DNA of 58,658 nucleotides from a virus (lineage: Duplodnaviria > Caudoviricetes). Below, in pieces: positions 39,710-49,295 of the stretch (position 1 is the stretch's first letter; every line of letters begins with the position of its first letter). Under the pieces are notes generated by a model. The model searched no databases and had not been told where the DNA came from. It was given only the letters and a program-made list of their open reading frames with translations. Where the stretch lies: IMG/VR virus record IMGVR_UViG_3300025608_000023, positions 1 to 58,658 of that record; one strand, 5' to 3'. The position numbers and the translations under genes are program-made.

Positions 39710-41732
39710 GCCAATTGTTACCTATTTTTGATTCTAATAGTAGAGGCACATTAAAGTCTATACCCCACCTAGTTGCTATCAAGTTAGGTAACTCTCTGTT
39801 AGTCTCGTTGATTACTTCTATGACAGCTTTCTCCTCGTCTGGGTGAACATCAATCACAATCGAATCATGTACACTGTTTACCACACAGGATTGCATGCTG
39901 TCAAGTAGCATATCAATATGCAGTAATGCCAAAGGGACTATGTCCCCTGTAGCAAACCCCTGCACAGGGTAGTTCTTTATCTGTGTAAAGTAGGACACTC
40001 TGCCACTAGCTTTACGTACCACATCAGGGAAAGAGTATTCCCGACCTGATGGGGCTGTTATTTTCTGCGTTTCTATAGCTTCTTTAGCCAATCGGGAATG
40101 CCAAGCGGCAACCCCCTTGTACTTCTCGTTGAAGTGTTCATAGTACGCTGCTTCCGCTTTTGTTCTTCCATAGCCTGTCGCTCCATATAACGGCGCGAAT
40201 GTATGCGCCTTCGCATCCTGTCTGCTCGTAGGCTGACCAGCATCGGTAATAACTTTAGCGGTGTATGCATGTACATCAAATCCAGTAGATACTTCTTCAA
40301 TTGCTACCTCGTCTTGTGATAAAAATGCGGCGGCACGAAACTCTAGCTGTGCAAAGTCAGCCTCAAGTACCTTACCCCCATCGAATCGTGACACAAATAC
40401 TTTCTTTACAGGAAACGTGCCGCCACGTGGCATGTTCTGCATGTTAGGGTTAGCACCCGACAGACGACCTGTCGATGTGCGGTGTTGTAGTAGGCTAACG
40501 TGAAGCATACTTGTACCTTCTTTGGTGTAGTTCCTGATACCGTCAACGAAGGATGACAGGTATGTGTCAACTGCACTTAGTCGGCGTACCTTAGATAAGA
40601 AGTCCACAGCATCATCCATGCCCTTAGACTTAGCACCAGCCTCAAGTAACTGAAGATTACCCTTGCTTGTACTGAAACCATTAGCACTGGCCCACTTAGC
40701 TGTAGGTGGTCTGAACTTGAAGCCAGCCTGTTTGTCTGTAGGTATGAACAGAAAGCCAGATGTCATACAGTCAGGACACTTACTAGGCTTGGCAAACGGC
40801 TGACCGTTCTTCTTTGTCTTACGTATATAGCCGCTACCATTACAGGTACTGCACTGTACTGCATTAGTACGGTATAGACGCTGGGTGCGTGTGTTTACAA
40901 GATGACGAAACTCATCGTCAGGCATGTATGGATCAATCATAGAAGCCCAATCAGCCTTGTCTGTAACCTTACGACCGTAGATAACCCAAGACAATTGCTC
41001 TGGGCTGTTGAGGTTGATAGGTGTGTCACCCATTACCTTACGAACATGAACTTGCAAGTCGTCAATAAGTTGACACTTCTCCTGTTCAAATTCTTGACGC
41101 ACCTCCTCTAGCTTAGACAGATCAACAGCAAAGCCACGCTGGTAGATACGAGCCAGTGTTACAGCAAGCTGGTTAGTCAGCGTAACTGTGTTCATAAGAC
41201 CCGCATCTGCTTCGCTGTTTAGCCGTAGCATCAGCTTGTCAGACAACTGCTGTGTAGCATGTAAGTCTGCCTTGAGGTACTCAGACAACTCATCGTGTGG
41301 TATGTCACGAGTAGAGTAACCCTTCTTGAAGTACTCCTTGAGTGTGTCTTGCTTCTTGGTATCTAAGTTATACCTTTCAGCACAAGCCTGTAGTGATAGC
41401 GGCTCCTTCTGCCCACGCTGTAGCACATACTCTGCAAGCATCGTGTCGAAGACAGGGCCATCATACTTGAAGCCTGACTCCCATAGCCACAGCAAATCGT
41501 ATGCGGCGTTGTGACAGATAAGGACAGTAGCCTCATCCAATGATGATTGCACTACCTCAAACGCATCAGACTCTTGTTCAAACTCTGAATGGTCAAAGGT
41601 AACTACCGTACCTGCACCTGTGTCTGTCAGCATCCCAACCATAACCAGTGTATTCTCTGGCTCGAATGGATCAAGATGTAACTTACCGTTACGTTCTGTT
41701 GTTGTGTTTTCTACATCTAATGTTAGTTTCAT
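39687..41732 (-). CDS. polA: Family A DNA polymerase with 3'-5' exonuclease and DnaJ-like zinc finger
   Basis: LDVE/HNAAYD exo motifs, ADFAQLEFR, RQDAKAHTFAPLYG, NYPVQG, VHDS; CSTCNGSG and CPDCMTSG. Confidence 0.95.
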   Translation of the reverse strand: MKLTLDVENTTTERNGKLHLDPFEPENTLVMVGMLTDTGAGTVVTFDHSEFEQESDAFEVVQSSLDEATVLICHNAAYDLLWLWESGFKYDGPVFDTMLAEYVLQRGQKEPLSLQACAERYNLDTKKQDTLKEYFKKGYSTRDIPHDELSEYLKADLHATQQLSDKLMLRLNSEADAGLMNTVTLTNQLAVTLARIYQRGFAVDLSKLEEVRQEFEQEKCQLIDDLQVHVRKVMGDTPINLNSPEQLSWVIYGRKVTDKADWASMIDPYMPDDEFRHLVNTRTQRLYRTNAVQCSTCNGSGYIRKTKKNGQPFAKPSKCPDCMTSGFLFIPTDKQAGFKFRPPTAKWASANGFSTSKGNLQLLEAGAKSKGMDDAVDFLSKVRRLSAVDTYLSSFVDGIRNYTKEGTSMLHVSLLQHRTSTGRLSGANPNMQNMPRGGTFPVKKVFVSRFDGGKVLEADFAQLEFRAAAFLSQDEVAIEEVSTGFDVHAYTAKVITDAGQPTSRQDAKAHTFAPLYGATGYGRTKAEAAYYEHFNEKYKGVAAWHSRLAKEAIETQKITAPSGREYSFPDVVRKASGRVSYFTQIKNYPVQGFATGDIVPLALLHIDMLLDSMQSCVVNSVHDSIVIDVHPDEEKAVIEVINETNRELPNLIATRWGIDFNVPLLLESKIGNNWLDVKDVA

Positions 41733-42952
41733 ACTGTATACCTCGCTGTTTGATATTCTAAGTTACAGTGTATGTCGCCATGCCAACCTGTCAACTTATT
41801 TTTTACTATGTTCAGATGACGCTGTGTGTCTTCCTCGTCCCGCCCCTGAACTGGTGGATTCTTAGCAATCAGCACCATAAGATCAGCCTCTGCCGCCTTA
41901 CCAGTACGACTACCTTCCATCATACTTTGGTTAAGTATGACCTTGCCCTCTGCTTCTGCTGACAACTGTGACATATAGAAGACAGCACACTCATGCTGTT
42001 TAGCTATCTGTCTAGCATGAATAGCGTTAGCCTTCAGAGCCTCGTCAGGGCGAGAGAAGCCGCCTGTCTTAGCGAACTTGTCACCCATGTCTAGCAGTAC
42101 CACATCAGGCTTGTATGCCTTACAGATGGATTCCACCCAATTCATGTCACGGCCTGTTGCATCCTTGATCTTGATACGTTCCTTTACAGGTGCGTATAAG
42201 TCACGAGCCTTTGAAGGGTTAGCCTTAATCTCTTGCATAGTCATGCCTGTAGCGGCAGTGAGGTATCTAGCACCTACACGGTGATATCCTTCCTCGTTAC
42301 ACAAGATGATGCAGTTAGCACCCTGATGTGCAAAGCCACCCGGTGCGGCAATGATGCTGGCGTGGAAAGATGTCTTGCCAGTGTTAGGTCTAGCACCAAC
42401 CTCAATCAAGTGACCAGCGTTAACACCTTCTACCTTGCGTGTAAGACTAGAGATATTGAATGTCCAACGCGCCTCAAGGTCATTACGAGCAAGCAGTGTT
42501 TCGATGTCGATGTCATCCCATTCAATCTTTAGATTAGGTGTGAAGTCATCACCATACTGCTCAAGCATCTGACGTAGCGGCTCAAGACTAGACTTGTCAC
42601 CATTGACATAATCAAATCCTAGATTAGCAATGTCCTCACCGATAACCTGCTGGAATAGTTTAGATAGCACCTCTTGTGCTACGTCACCACCCATAGGGGC
42701 TTCACGTTTGATACTGCTAAATAAAGCAGAGTATGCTGTCTTCTGTGCAGTGGTGAGTGTCGGGTTGTTAGCCATGAACAACGCCTCAATCTCATCAGGT
42801 GTCACAGTACGCTCGTACCGATCCATAGCTGTGTCAATAGACTGCTTGATCTTACGAACATCTTTACTGAATAGTCGGTCAGGACAACGTGAACCACGAT
42901 GTTCATCGTAAAACTCCTTGTCCATTAGGCTTCTGATTAATGATAATTCCAT
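41729..42952 (-). CDS. DnaB-like (SF4) replicative helicase
   Basis: GARPNTGKT, VLLDMGD, SQLS, KNKLTG. Confidence 0.9.
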   Translation of the reverse strand: MELSLIRSLMDKEFYDEHRGSRCPDRLFSKDVRKIKQSIDTAMDRYERTVTPDEIEALFMANNPTLTTAQKTAYSALFSSIKREAPMGGDVAQEVLSKLFQQVIGEDIANLGFDYVNGDKSSLEPLRQMLEQYGDDFTPNLKIEWDDIDIETLLARNDLEARWTFNISSLTRKVEGVNAGHLIEVGARPNTGKTSFHASIIAAPGGFAHQGANCIILCNEEGYHRVGARYLTAATGMTMQEIKANPSKARDLYAPVKERIKIKDATGRDMNWVESICKAYKPDVVLLDMGDKFAKTGGFSRPDEALKANAIHARQIAKQHECAVFYMSQLSAEAEGKVILNQSMMEGSRTGKAAEADLMVLIAKNPPVQGRDEEDTQRHLNIVKNKLTGWHGDIHCNLEYQTARYTV

Positions 42953-42956
42953 ATGG

Positions 42957-43724
42957 TTATTCTCCTATCTGTTTGCGGATAGCGTCTAGCTTATCCATGT
43001 CTGTCGGGTTTCTATATTTTATATCGTCATCCAACCTTAATACACGAACATCCGAAACGTGTCCACGTAATTCTTTAGCCATCTGAAGCGTCTTGGGTAG
43101 AGCATCGGGGTCTAACGCTATGACTGCTGTTGAGAACTGTGCAAGATACCTCTTATGCGTATCAGATAACGATGTACCCAATAGCGCAACCCCGACAAAG
43201 GAACCGTAACCAACAACGGCTGCACTCACACAGTCCTCAACAACTACGGCGACTTTACCACAACCTGATGTGTATGGCAAGCCACTATTTCCATATCTTT
43301 TCCACTTGGGTATTCTTTTCCCTAGTGATCTACCTGTAGCATCAACCATCTTACCGTCATGTATGACAGGAAAAACTACACGGTCTTCTTTGACATCGTA
43401 GTGCAGACCCAGTGCGTCAGCATCTAAGCCCCATCTATCGCACCACCTGTCCATGTACAGGCCACCGCTACGAGGTAAGATGTACTTGGGTAGGTCAAAG
43501 GCTTCTAGTGGTGCTTCTGTGCTACCCTTAAAGCCTTTCTTGATATCATCTACGGTAAGATGTACGCGAGTACCGCCACTTGCACTGCAACCTACTTTGT
43601 AGCAGTTCCATACAAGACTACCCATATTGTTAGTCACGGTGAATGTCTTGTACCCTTTACATTCGGGACAGTTCATACGTTTAGTCTCGCCATTAGCTAC
43701 ATCAAAGTCACTTGCATGTATCAT
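42957..43724 (-). CDS. DNA primase (Zn ribbon plus TOPRIM)
   Basis: CPEC...CYKVGC, VVVEDCVSA, ALDPDA. Confidence 0.88.
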   Translation of the reverse strand: MIHASDFDVANGETKRMNCPECKGYKTFTVTNNMGSLVWNCYKVGCSASGGTRVHLTVDDIKKGFKGSTEAPLEAFDLPKYILPRSGGLYMDRWCDRWGLDADALGLHYDVKEDRVVFPVIHDGKMVDATGRSLGKRIPKWKRYGNSGLPYTSGCGKVAVVVEDCVSAAVVGYGSFVGVALLGTSLSDTHKRYLAQFSTAVIALDPDALPKTLQMAKELRGHVSDVRVLRLDDDIKYRNPTDMDKLDAIRKQIGE

Positions 43725-43791
43725 ATATATATGTCCTTTCTATATGTATAATAATATATATATTATAATAGTTCGTTGCGGCAGTTGAATG

Positions 43792-43821
43792 CTTATATCA
43801 TGCATTCTTTCGTGCTGTCAA
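43792..43821 (-). promoter_or_regulatory. Promoter at the integrase 3' end driving replication genes
   Basis: TTGACA-N18-TATAAG on the - strand. Confidence 0.55.
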
Positions 43822-44679
43822 TGCATTATTTGCAGATGCATACGTATTTTTTAGGTACGGTTTAACTGATTGTGGGTTAGCATGTCCTGTAACCGACATG
43901 ATTTGTCCCATACCTACCCCTGCATCCACCATCTCTGTCACCCCAGTGCGGCGCAGGTCAGAGAGACGTAGTTCTTTTGGTAGTCCTGCGGCATCCATCA
44001 ACTTACGAGCGTGTAGCGGTAGCTTATACATTGTATAGGGACGGTATGTACCTCTATACGGTTCAGGTCTAGGCGCAACGAAAGACTGAAAGCCGAAGTG
44101 TTGCTCCTGTTCTACCAACATATCATACAAATCATCGTCAACAGGCAATTCTACTTGCGCATTACGTTTGGATTGCTGTATGATGACACGTTTTTGTTCA
44201 AAGTTAATAGCATCCCATGTGAGCAAGCGCATATCACCTACACGCTGACACCATGCGTATGCCATGTGTGCAATAAGACCTATATTGCGGGTGCTAAAAT
44301 CGCTGTAGGCGGCGTCTAATAGCTTTCTGACACTTTCCCTACTCCAAACAACCTTGCGGGACTGTGTGGCTCTCCTACGAATGCCCAAGAAGGGGTTTTT
44401 AGTGCAATGTTCCATACGCATGGCGTATTTATATAGTATGTTGACGACAGCAAGGAAGTGATTTGCGGTAGTAATACCGCGATCACACCAAAGGTCATAG
44501 GCCAACGTAGCTTGCTTGGTGGGCAGCTTAGTGCCATCCACCCTGCCAAGCACTACACCATCTACTGATGTAGCTAGCGCATTGCCAAGACAGTATTTAT
44601 AGTGTGCCTTAGTTTCTTGGCGTAAGTTCTTGAAATCATGGGACAAATAGTATTCATCCGCTATTTGATGTAGTTTCAT
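43798..44679 (-). CDS. int: Tyrosine recombinase / integrase
   Basis: QRVGD, QSK, SDLRRT, TGH, VKPY catalytic pattern. Confidence 0.88.
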   Translation of the reverse strand: MKLHQIADEYYLSHDFKNLRQETKAHYKYCLGNALATSVDGVVLGRVDGTKLPTKQATLAYDLWCDRGITTANHFLAVVNILYKYAMRMEHCTKNPFLGIRRRATQSRKVVWSRESVRKLLDAAYSDFSTRNIGLIAHMAYAWCQRVGDMRLLTWDAINFEQKRVIIQQSKRNAQVELPVDDDLYDMLVEQEQHFGFQSFVAPRPEPYRGTYRPYTMYKLPLHARKLMDAAGLPKELRLSDLRRTGVTEMVDAGVGMGQIMSVTGHANPQSVKPYLKNTYASANNALTARKNA

Positions 44680-45512
44680 TATGCCGCTACCTCAAGTGAT
44701 TTGAACACAGGGCTGTCAACCCAGCCAGCTACCTCAACCTCACGCATGAACAGTGACTTAGGTTGTGTGTCACTACCTGTGTTACGCTGTAGGAAACCGT
44801 TACGTTCATCTGCATATGTCGCATAGTTGGTGAAGGCAGAGTAAAGTGACCACAGATTGCGTCCACGAGTGCTTACCTCTTGATTATACAGCGTGTACAT
44901 CTTCTCTGCTTTGCTTTTAGACGGTAGCATTTTCTCTAATTCCTCTTTGACATTGGTAGTGACTAGGCTTGTGTTGGCCCAGCGTTGCAATGATTCTGTG
45001 GTTTTCTCGAAACCCTCTTTTGCTTTCTTAAGGCTTTCAATGTATATGTCTAGGTCAAAGTTGCTGGTGTTCTTACGCACTGTCTTGGCATGATCGCCCT
45101 GCACCATACCGTTAGTGCAGAAGAAGTCGATAGCACCAAACAGTACAGTGTTAGAGCAAGTACCATTGACACCATGCAGGGCAATGATGCGCTTCATCAG
45201 CGTAGTTTCATGCTTGTCAGTAGTAATCTTGGTAGTAACTTTAGGCAGGGTCACGTCCATCATAGCCCAGCCGTCTTTATGTGCGCTACGCCAATTAATA
45301 GTTGCCCCCTGAGTTTCCTCTTCTCCCAGAGTTTCGGTTGTTGCCTTAATAACCTTGCGAAAAAAGTCGCCGTGGCTGGCGCAGGTAAAACCGTCACCCA
45401 CGATACCAATGTACTTACCTGTATCACCATTGATAACGTACTTCTTATCCTCAACTTTGGTAGGCTCAAACTCTACGTTGAAGTCGAGGTGTTCTGGAAT
45501 GTAATCTAGCAT
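44679..45512 (-). CDS. DUF932-like protein
   Basis: IGIVG...H, FFCTNGM, NLWSLYSAFTNYATY. Confidence 0.7.
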   Translation of the reverse strand: MLDYIPEHLDFNVEFEPTKVEDKKYVINGDTGKYIGIVGDGFTCASHGDFFRKVIKATTETLGEEETQGATINWRSAHKDGWAMMDVTLPKVTTKITTDKHETTLMKRIIALHGVNGTCSNTVLFGAIDFFCTNGMVQGDHAKTVRKNTSNFDLDIYIESLKKAKEGFEKTTESLQRWANTSLVTTNVKEELEKMLPSKSKAEKMYTLYNQEVSTRGRNLWSLYSAFTNYATYADERNGFLQRNTGSDTQPKSLFMREVEVAGWVDSPVFKSLEVAA

Positions 45513-45542
45513 ATTTATTCTCCTATCGTTAATTGATGGTGT

Positions 45543-45571
45543 TTTATATCAGTAATTATTCGCGTAGTCAA
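45543..45571 (-). promoter_or_regulatory. Sigma70-type promoter upstream of DUF932/integrase
   Basis: TTGACT-N17-TATAAA on the - strand. Confidence 0.7.
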
Positions 45572-45578
45572 CCCTTAA

Positions 45579-45998
45579 TTAGTCCCATCTGTAAAATATG
45601 TGGTCATCAATCCTGACCGTGCGTGTCTTGCTCTTGGCCCATTCAGGGTAGACGTATGTAGCGTGGTAGTGTGTCGCACCCTCAACAAAGTCATCGAGGT
45701 TGCCGTAGTACACACCGTGGGCAATCATCCTTGCCTGTTCATAAGCCTTTGTATTTGTTGGCTTATCTGACTTACCGTCACAGTACCAGCTAAACTGACA
45801 GCGGTGACGCACAGGGTAGTCCTCTGCCCATGAGTATGTCGGGCCTTGCTTTACCACATCACATACCTTGTCGGGAAACCTGTCATCACGCACCCTGTTC
45901 ATCACCACTTGGGCTACCGCAACCTGCCCAATAAAGGGCTGGTCACGGGCCTCATGGTACACGTTAAGTGCTAGGCATACGAGTGCCGCTTCAATCAT
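45579..45998 (-). CDS. Cell wall hydrolase (SleB / Hydrolase_2 family)
   Basis: CLALNVYHEAR...VAQVVMNRV...CQFSW...GATHYHA...HIFY. Confidence 0.9.
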   Translation of the reverse strand: MIEAALVCLALNVYHEARDQPFIGQVAVAQVVMNRVRDDRFPDKVCDVVKQGPTYSWAEDYPVRHRCQFSWYCDGKSDKPTNTKAYEQARMIAHGVYYGNLDDFVEGATHYHATYVYPEWAKSKTRTVRIDDHIFYRWD

Positions 45999-46233
45999 CG
46001 TTGGAATCTTCCTCGCTAAGTACCCACGCACCCCAGTACATACTACGCCCATCTTCATCTTGGGATGGTACAAACTTAAAGATGCGGTGTAGGCTATACT
46101 GTAGCTTCTCTAGGTTGCCTACGTCAGACAGCCATAGGTCTTGGCACTCCGACACATTAGACAGGGCTGTCCTTAGATTATTGTGTGCCTCTAGCAGTTC
46201 AAGGCGTTGCTTGTGTGTGATTTCATATGTCAT
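45991..46233 (-). CDS. Hypothetical early protein
   Basis: GAGGAG RBS, overlapping neighbours. Confidence 0.6.
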   Translation of the reverse strand: MTYEITHKQRLELLEAHNNLRTALSNVSECQDLWLSDVGNLEKLQYSLHRIFKFVPSQDEDGRSMYWGAWVLSEEDSNDD

Positions 46234-46402
46234 CTTGATTCTCCTCAAATTTACAACGTGTTGTGTAGTATGCCATCAGCAATGCGGCTATCTCTGGGAA
46301 TGTTTCCCAATCTGGTACGAAACCTAGCTGAATCTCAATCTCTGTGTCAAGTGCTACCAGTATGGCGTTGACCTGTTTCGGTGGTAGGTTAATCGTTATC
46401 AT
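46223..46402 (-). CDS. Hypothetical early protein
   Basis: GAGGAG RBS. Confidence 0.6.
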   Translation of the reverse strand: MITINLPPKQVNAILVALDTEIEIQLGFVPDWETFPEIAALLMAYYTTRCKFEENQDDI

Positions 46403-46598
46403 TTTCAATCTCCTCCTCTGCTTCATCAATGGCTGATATCATCTCAGCTAGGATAATACGCATCTCAGCATAGTCATCCTTGTCTGCACTAGCCCAAGGT
46501 ATAAAGCCAAACACATGCACTAGCATGTTGAATGGTAGACTTGCCTCTGGATTGAATTGAAAGTCCTGTTCACATTGTTTTCTAATTCTCATTGTCAT
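46389..46598 (-). CDS. Hypothetical early protein
   Basis: GGAGG RBS. Confidence 0.55.
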   Translation of the reverse strand: MTMRIRKQCEQDFQFNPEASLPFNMLVHVFGFIPWASADKDDYAEMRIILAEMISAIDEAEEEIENDND

Positions 46599-46602
46599 CC
46601 TC

Positions 46603-47253
46603 CTAGTAATATTTGCTGTGGTCACGGTATAACTGTATGCCTAAACGCAGGATGTTGTCAAACTTTTCTCTAGCTATATCCTCTGCCGTATCACAAGACA
46701 TATCATAAGGGTTAAACGAAAACTCAAGTTCGCGTATTAAGTCTTGGGCTACAACAGACAGGAAGTCTTGTTCTTTTGGTACTTGCTTTGTCAAACCGTC
46801 TCTCATCTGCTGTTTATGCTTTCGTCTGTTTGTTGGGCGTGGGAATACATTTTTGTAGTCATTATGGACGCAAGACCACCAGTACTCATTGTCATCTCTG
46901 TCTGTGTCTGACCAGTTAAACTCATCGGGGTCAAAACCGTTATCAATGTACAACACTTGTTCCCAAAAATACTCGATTGAAACACGTTCTTTCTGTGTTT
47001 CGCGCACATCTTCGTTGATGAAGGTGGCTTCATCACATCTCATCTTGGCATCTTCCTCGCGTGATGCAAACAGACGCTTTAAAATAGGCTCACACAAATC
47101 TGCCGCTTCGTCATCGTGGAAGGTTGCCCATATTTCTTTGTCACTCTCGTTGCTGTCCATTGCATCATCCCATGCAAGCAGGTCAGGATGACCATCACTG
47201 CCAAAGGACGGTACGCAAGCCTCATAGTACTCCATTCCATATACTTTAGCCAT
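46603..47253 (-). CDS. Hypothetical acidic early protein
   Basis: 216-aa ORF with GAGGAG RBS. Confidence 0.65.
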   Translation of the reverse strand: MAKVYGMEYYEACVPSFGSDGHPDLLAWDDAMDSNESDKEIWATFHDDEAADLCEPILKRLFASREEDAKMRCDEATFINEDVRETQKERVSIEYFWEQVLYIDNGFDPDEFNWSDTDRDDNEYWWSCVHNDYKNVFPRPTNRRKHKQQMRDGLTKQVPKEQDFLSVVAQDLIRELEFSFNPYDMSCDTAEDIAREKFDNILRLGIQLYRDHSKYY

Positions 47254-47512
47254 CTTTATTCTCCTCGTCTGTTAAAACCCAGTAATTCTGGCGGTTAGTT
47301 TCCCAGTTATCGTGTACCTTGTTACACTCATAGACGATAGCTATAACCTTGCCAGTGTCCTCGTCTATCCTGCTGTTTATATCAAACATTCTGTCACCTA
47401 TCTGGACACCGAACCAATCCTCGTCATCCTCGTATGCTATCGAGTCAAAGACAACAGTGTCATAGAAACAGGTTAGGTAGCCACGCTCATAGTCAGATAA
47501 TACTAGCGTCAT
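47246..47512 (-). CDS. Hypothetical early protein
   Basis: GAGGAG RBS, coupled start/stop. Confidence 0.6.
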   Translation of the reverse strand: MTLVLSDYERGYLTCFYDTVVFDSIAYEDDEDWFGVQIGDRMFDINSRIDEDTGKVIAIVYECNKVHDNWETNRQNYWVLTDEENKDG

Positions 47513-47730
47513 TATTTGTTCTCCTCTAAGTAGGTAATCAATTCTTTACAGCCACCGATATACTCACCGTTGTGCCATATCTGCGGTACTGTAGTATAAC
47601 CACACCTATTGAAGAAACGCAACAGGTATTTATTCAGCTTGCGATATCTAAACTCTTGATTGTTCTGCGTAAGCACAGTCTGTGCTGTCTTGCAATGGTC
47701 ACAAAAATCTTGTCCAATAATCTGATACAT
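47512..47730 (-). CDS. Glutaredoxin
   Basis: CDHC active site, TTVPQIW, YIGG. Confidence 0.88.
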   Translation of the reverse strand: MYQIIGQDFCDHCKTAQTVLTQNNQEFRYRKLNKYLLRFFNRCGYTTVPQIWHNGEYIGGCKELITYLEENK

Positions 47731-47895
47731 CTATTCGTTCTCCTCATCCATCTTCTCTTTAGGATACAATACTTCTACTTCACTGCTACAGTGTGGACAA
47801 TGTAATAGTGTCAACATTGAGTAATTCGCATACTCATCTGATACATCATGGTCACTACCCCAGATAAGTTCTGTCTTACAATGCCAGCAGTTCAT
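47731..47895 (-). CDS. Small zinc-ribbon protein
   Basis: MNCWHC...CPHC; GAGGAG RBS. Confidence 0.65.
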   Translation of the reverse strand: MNCWHCKTELIWGSDHDVSDEYANYSMLTLLHCPHCSSEVEVLYPKEKMDEENE

Positions 47896-48058
47896 GTGGA
47901 ATCTCCTCAACATATACTTCTGTGTCATAGTCACCATCGTATTCCTTCCAATGCATGTCACCAGAACGAGCCAATTCCTCTGCGTGTTCATGTGAATCGG
48001 CCTCAACGGTGGCAACACAAACAACAGTATAGCTTCGGGTTACTTCGTACTTAGGCAT
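47876..48058 (-). CDS. Hypothetical protein
   Basis: VEADSHEHAEELA motif; AGGAG RBS. Confidence 0.6.
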   Translation of the reverse strand: MPKYEVTRSYTVVCVATVEADSHEHAEELARSGDMHWKEYDGDYDTEVYVEEIPHELLAL

Positions 48059-48070
48059 ATCGTTTCTCCT

Positions 48071-48241
48071 TTACGACCATTGATATTCATAATCATAGTT
48101 GTACTCAGCATCCAGCTGATGCCACGCCTGTTCATAGGCATAATCCCAATTAGTATGATAGCCTGTGGCTATGTCATCATCAGCTAAACATTTAGCCCAA
48201 TGTTCAAGGCAAGGCTCATGGTCAAGTGGTAGTTCTTCCAT
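48071..48241 (-). CDS. 56-aa aromatic/acidic hypothetical protein (MEELPLDHEPCLEHW...)
   Basis: Manual translation; GAGGAG RBS. Confidence 0.55.
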   Translation of the reverse strand: MEELPLDHEPCLEHWAKCLADDDIATGYHTNWDYAYEQAWHQLDAEYNYDYEYQWS

Positions 48242-48710
48242 TGTCAATCTCCTCTACGTTCTCCTCTAGGTATTCACTGATACCAAATTCATCGTCCAGT
48301 TCTGGGCGTGTATCTACTACACCCTCTACGTTATCTGTCGTCCAATCCTCGCCGTTATCGTACTCGCCAATGTACATCCACCCTTCGTCTAGGTATCGGG
48401 CATTAACCTCAAAGCCCATGTCCACTAGCTTGTCAAAGACACCGACAGGTGGTGACCATGCAGATAGGAACGACAGCACAAGTGTGTTGGCATCCATTCG
48501 GGTGCAGTGTGCATCGTAGATGTCCCACTTAGTCCCCCAGTTATCCAGCCGCCAGTCATACCAGTCACCGCCATCAAGCAAAGACTCATCCATAGGAATA
48601 AGTGTCTGGCACAGCGGCGTGTCCTCTGTGTTCATGATGTTGTAAATCATGTCAATCTGTTGGCTGTCATCGTGTGACAGAATTACTCTGTTATCTGTAT
48701 GATTAGGCAT
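48222..48710 (-). CDS. YubB/DUF1281 ferredoxin-like domain protein
   Basis: MPNH, WYDWRLDNWGTKWD, FLSAWSPP. Confidence 0.7.
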   Translation of the reverse strand: MPNHTDNRVILSHDDSQQIDMIYNIMNTEDTPLCQTLIPMDESLLDGGDWYDWRLDNWGTKWDIYDAHCTRMDANTLVLSFLSAWSPPVGVFDKLVDMGFEVNARYLDEGWMYIGEYDNGEDWTTDNVEGVVDTRPELDDEFGISEYLEENVEEIDNGRTTT

Positions 48711-48886
48711 TATGGGTATCTCCTACCTTGGTGGATGGCTACTGCTTCATCCTCTGTTTCACTAAGATCAAATGATCTGTTCATAAGGGTCACACGCAAA
48801 GACTGATCCTTAAGCCGTTGCTGTTGCCACTTAGGGGCTTTCTTACTGACCTTCTTTATCCGCATTTTCTTGATATTTGTACGCAT
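48710..48886 (-). CDS. 58-aa basic hypothetical protein
   Basis: Manual translation MRTNIKKMRIKK...; stop overlaps next ATG. Confidence 0.45.
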   Translation of the reverse strand: MRTNIKKMRIKKVSKKAPKWQQQRLKDQSLRVTLMNRSFDLSETEDEAVAIHQGRRYP

Positions 48887-49007
48887 CTCGTTTGTCCTCT
48901 TTTCTTTTGTCTGATGTACCCTTACCCTTATGGGCTGGTATTACACTAGCCACACGCCTTCTATTTGCGGCGGCTACTGGGTTCTTTATAGTGTTTCTTA
49001 TTCTCAT
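48843..49007 (-). CDS. 54-aa basic protein with ArfA-like KGKG motif
   Basis: MRIRNTIKNPVAAANRRRVASVIPAHKGKGTSDKRK...; GAGG RBS. Confidence 0.5.
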   Translation of the reverse strand: MRIRNTIKNPVAAANRRRVASVIPAHKGKGTSDKRKEDKRDAYKYQENADKEGQ

Positions 49008-49025
49008 AGTCAACCTCTTGTTATC

Positions 49026-49292
49026 CTACAAATCTACGTCACGCCATTCGCGCATGACATACTTAGCACGATTGATGTACTGCCTTGCAGTCTCATCCTT
49101 GCCACGAGAAATGCATTCCTGTGCATCAGATAGGATAGACATAGCCAGCATGTAGTGACCACCCATCATAGGCTCTTGCCAGTCATCTACCAATTCATCT
49201 AGCCACTCTTTAGGCATACCATACATAACCATGTACTGCTTGTCTTTTTCGGACATACCACTAGCCTCTATATTTTTCCATGTCATAGTCAT
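49026..49292 (-). CDS. Hypothetical early protein
   Basis: MLAMSILSDAQE...ARQYINRAKY; GAGGA RBS. Confidence 0.65.
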   Translation of the reverse strand: MTMTWKNIEASGMSEKDKQYMVMYGMPKEWLDELVDDWQEPMMGGHYMLAMSILSDAQECISRGKDETARQYINRAKYVMREWRDVDL

Positions 49293-49295
49293 TTT

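Noticed and set aside
34729-41732. Introns or inteins in nrdJ or polA
   Set aside because: Both ORFs are continuous and of normal length, with no intein splice motifs noticed.
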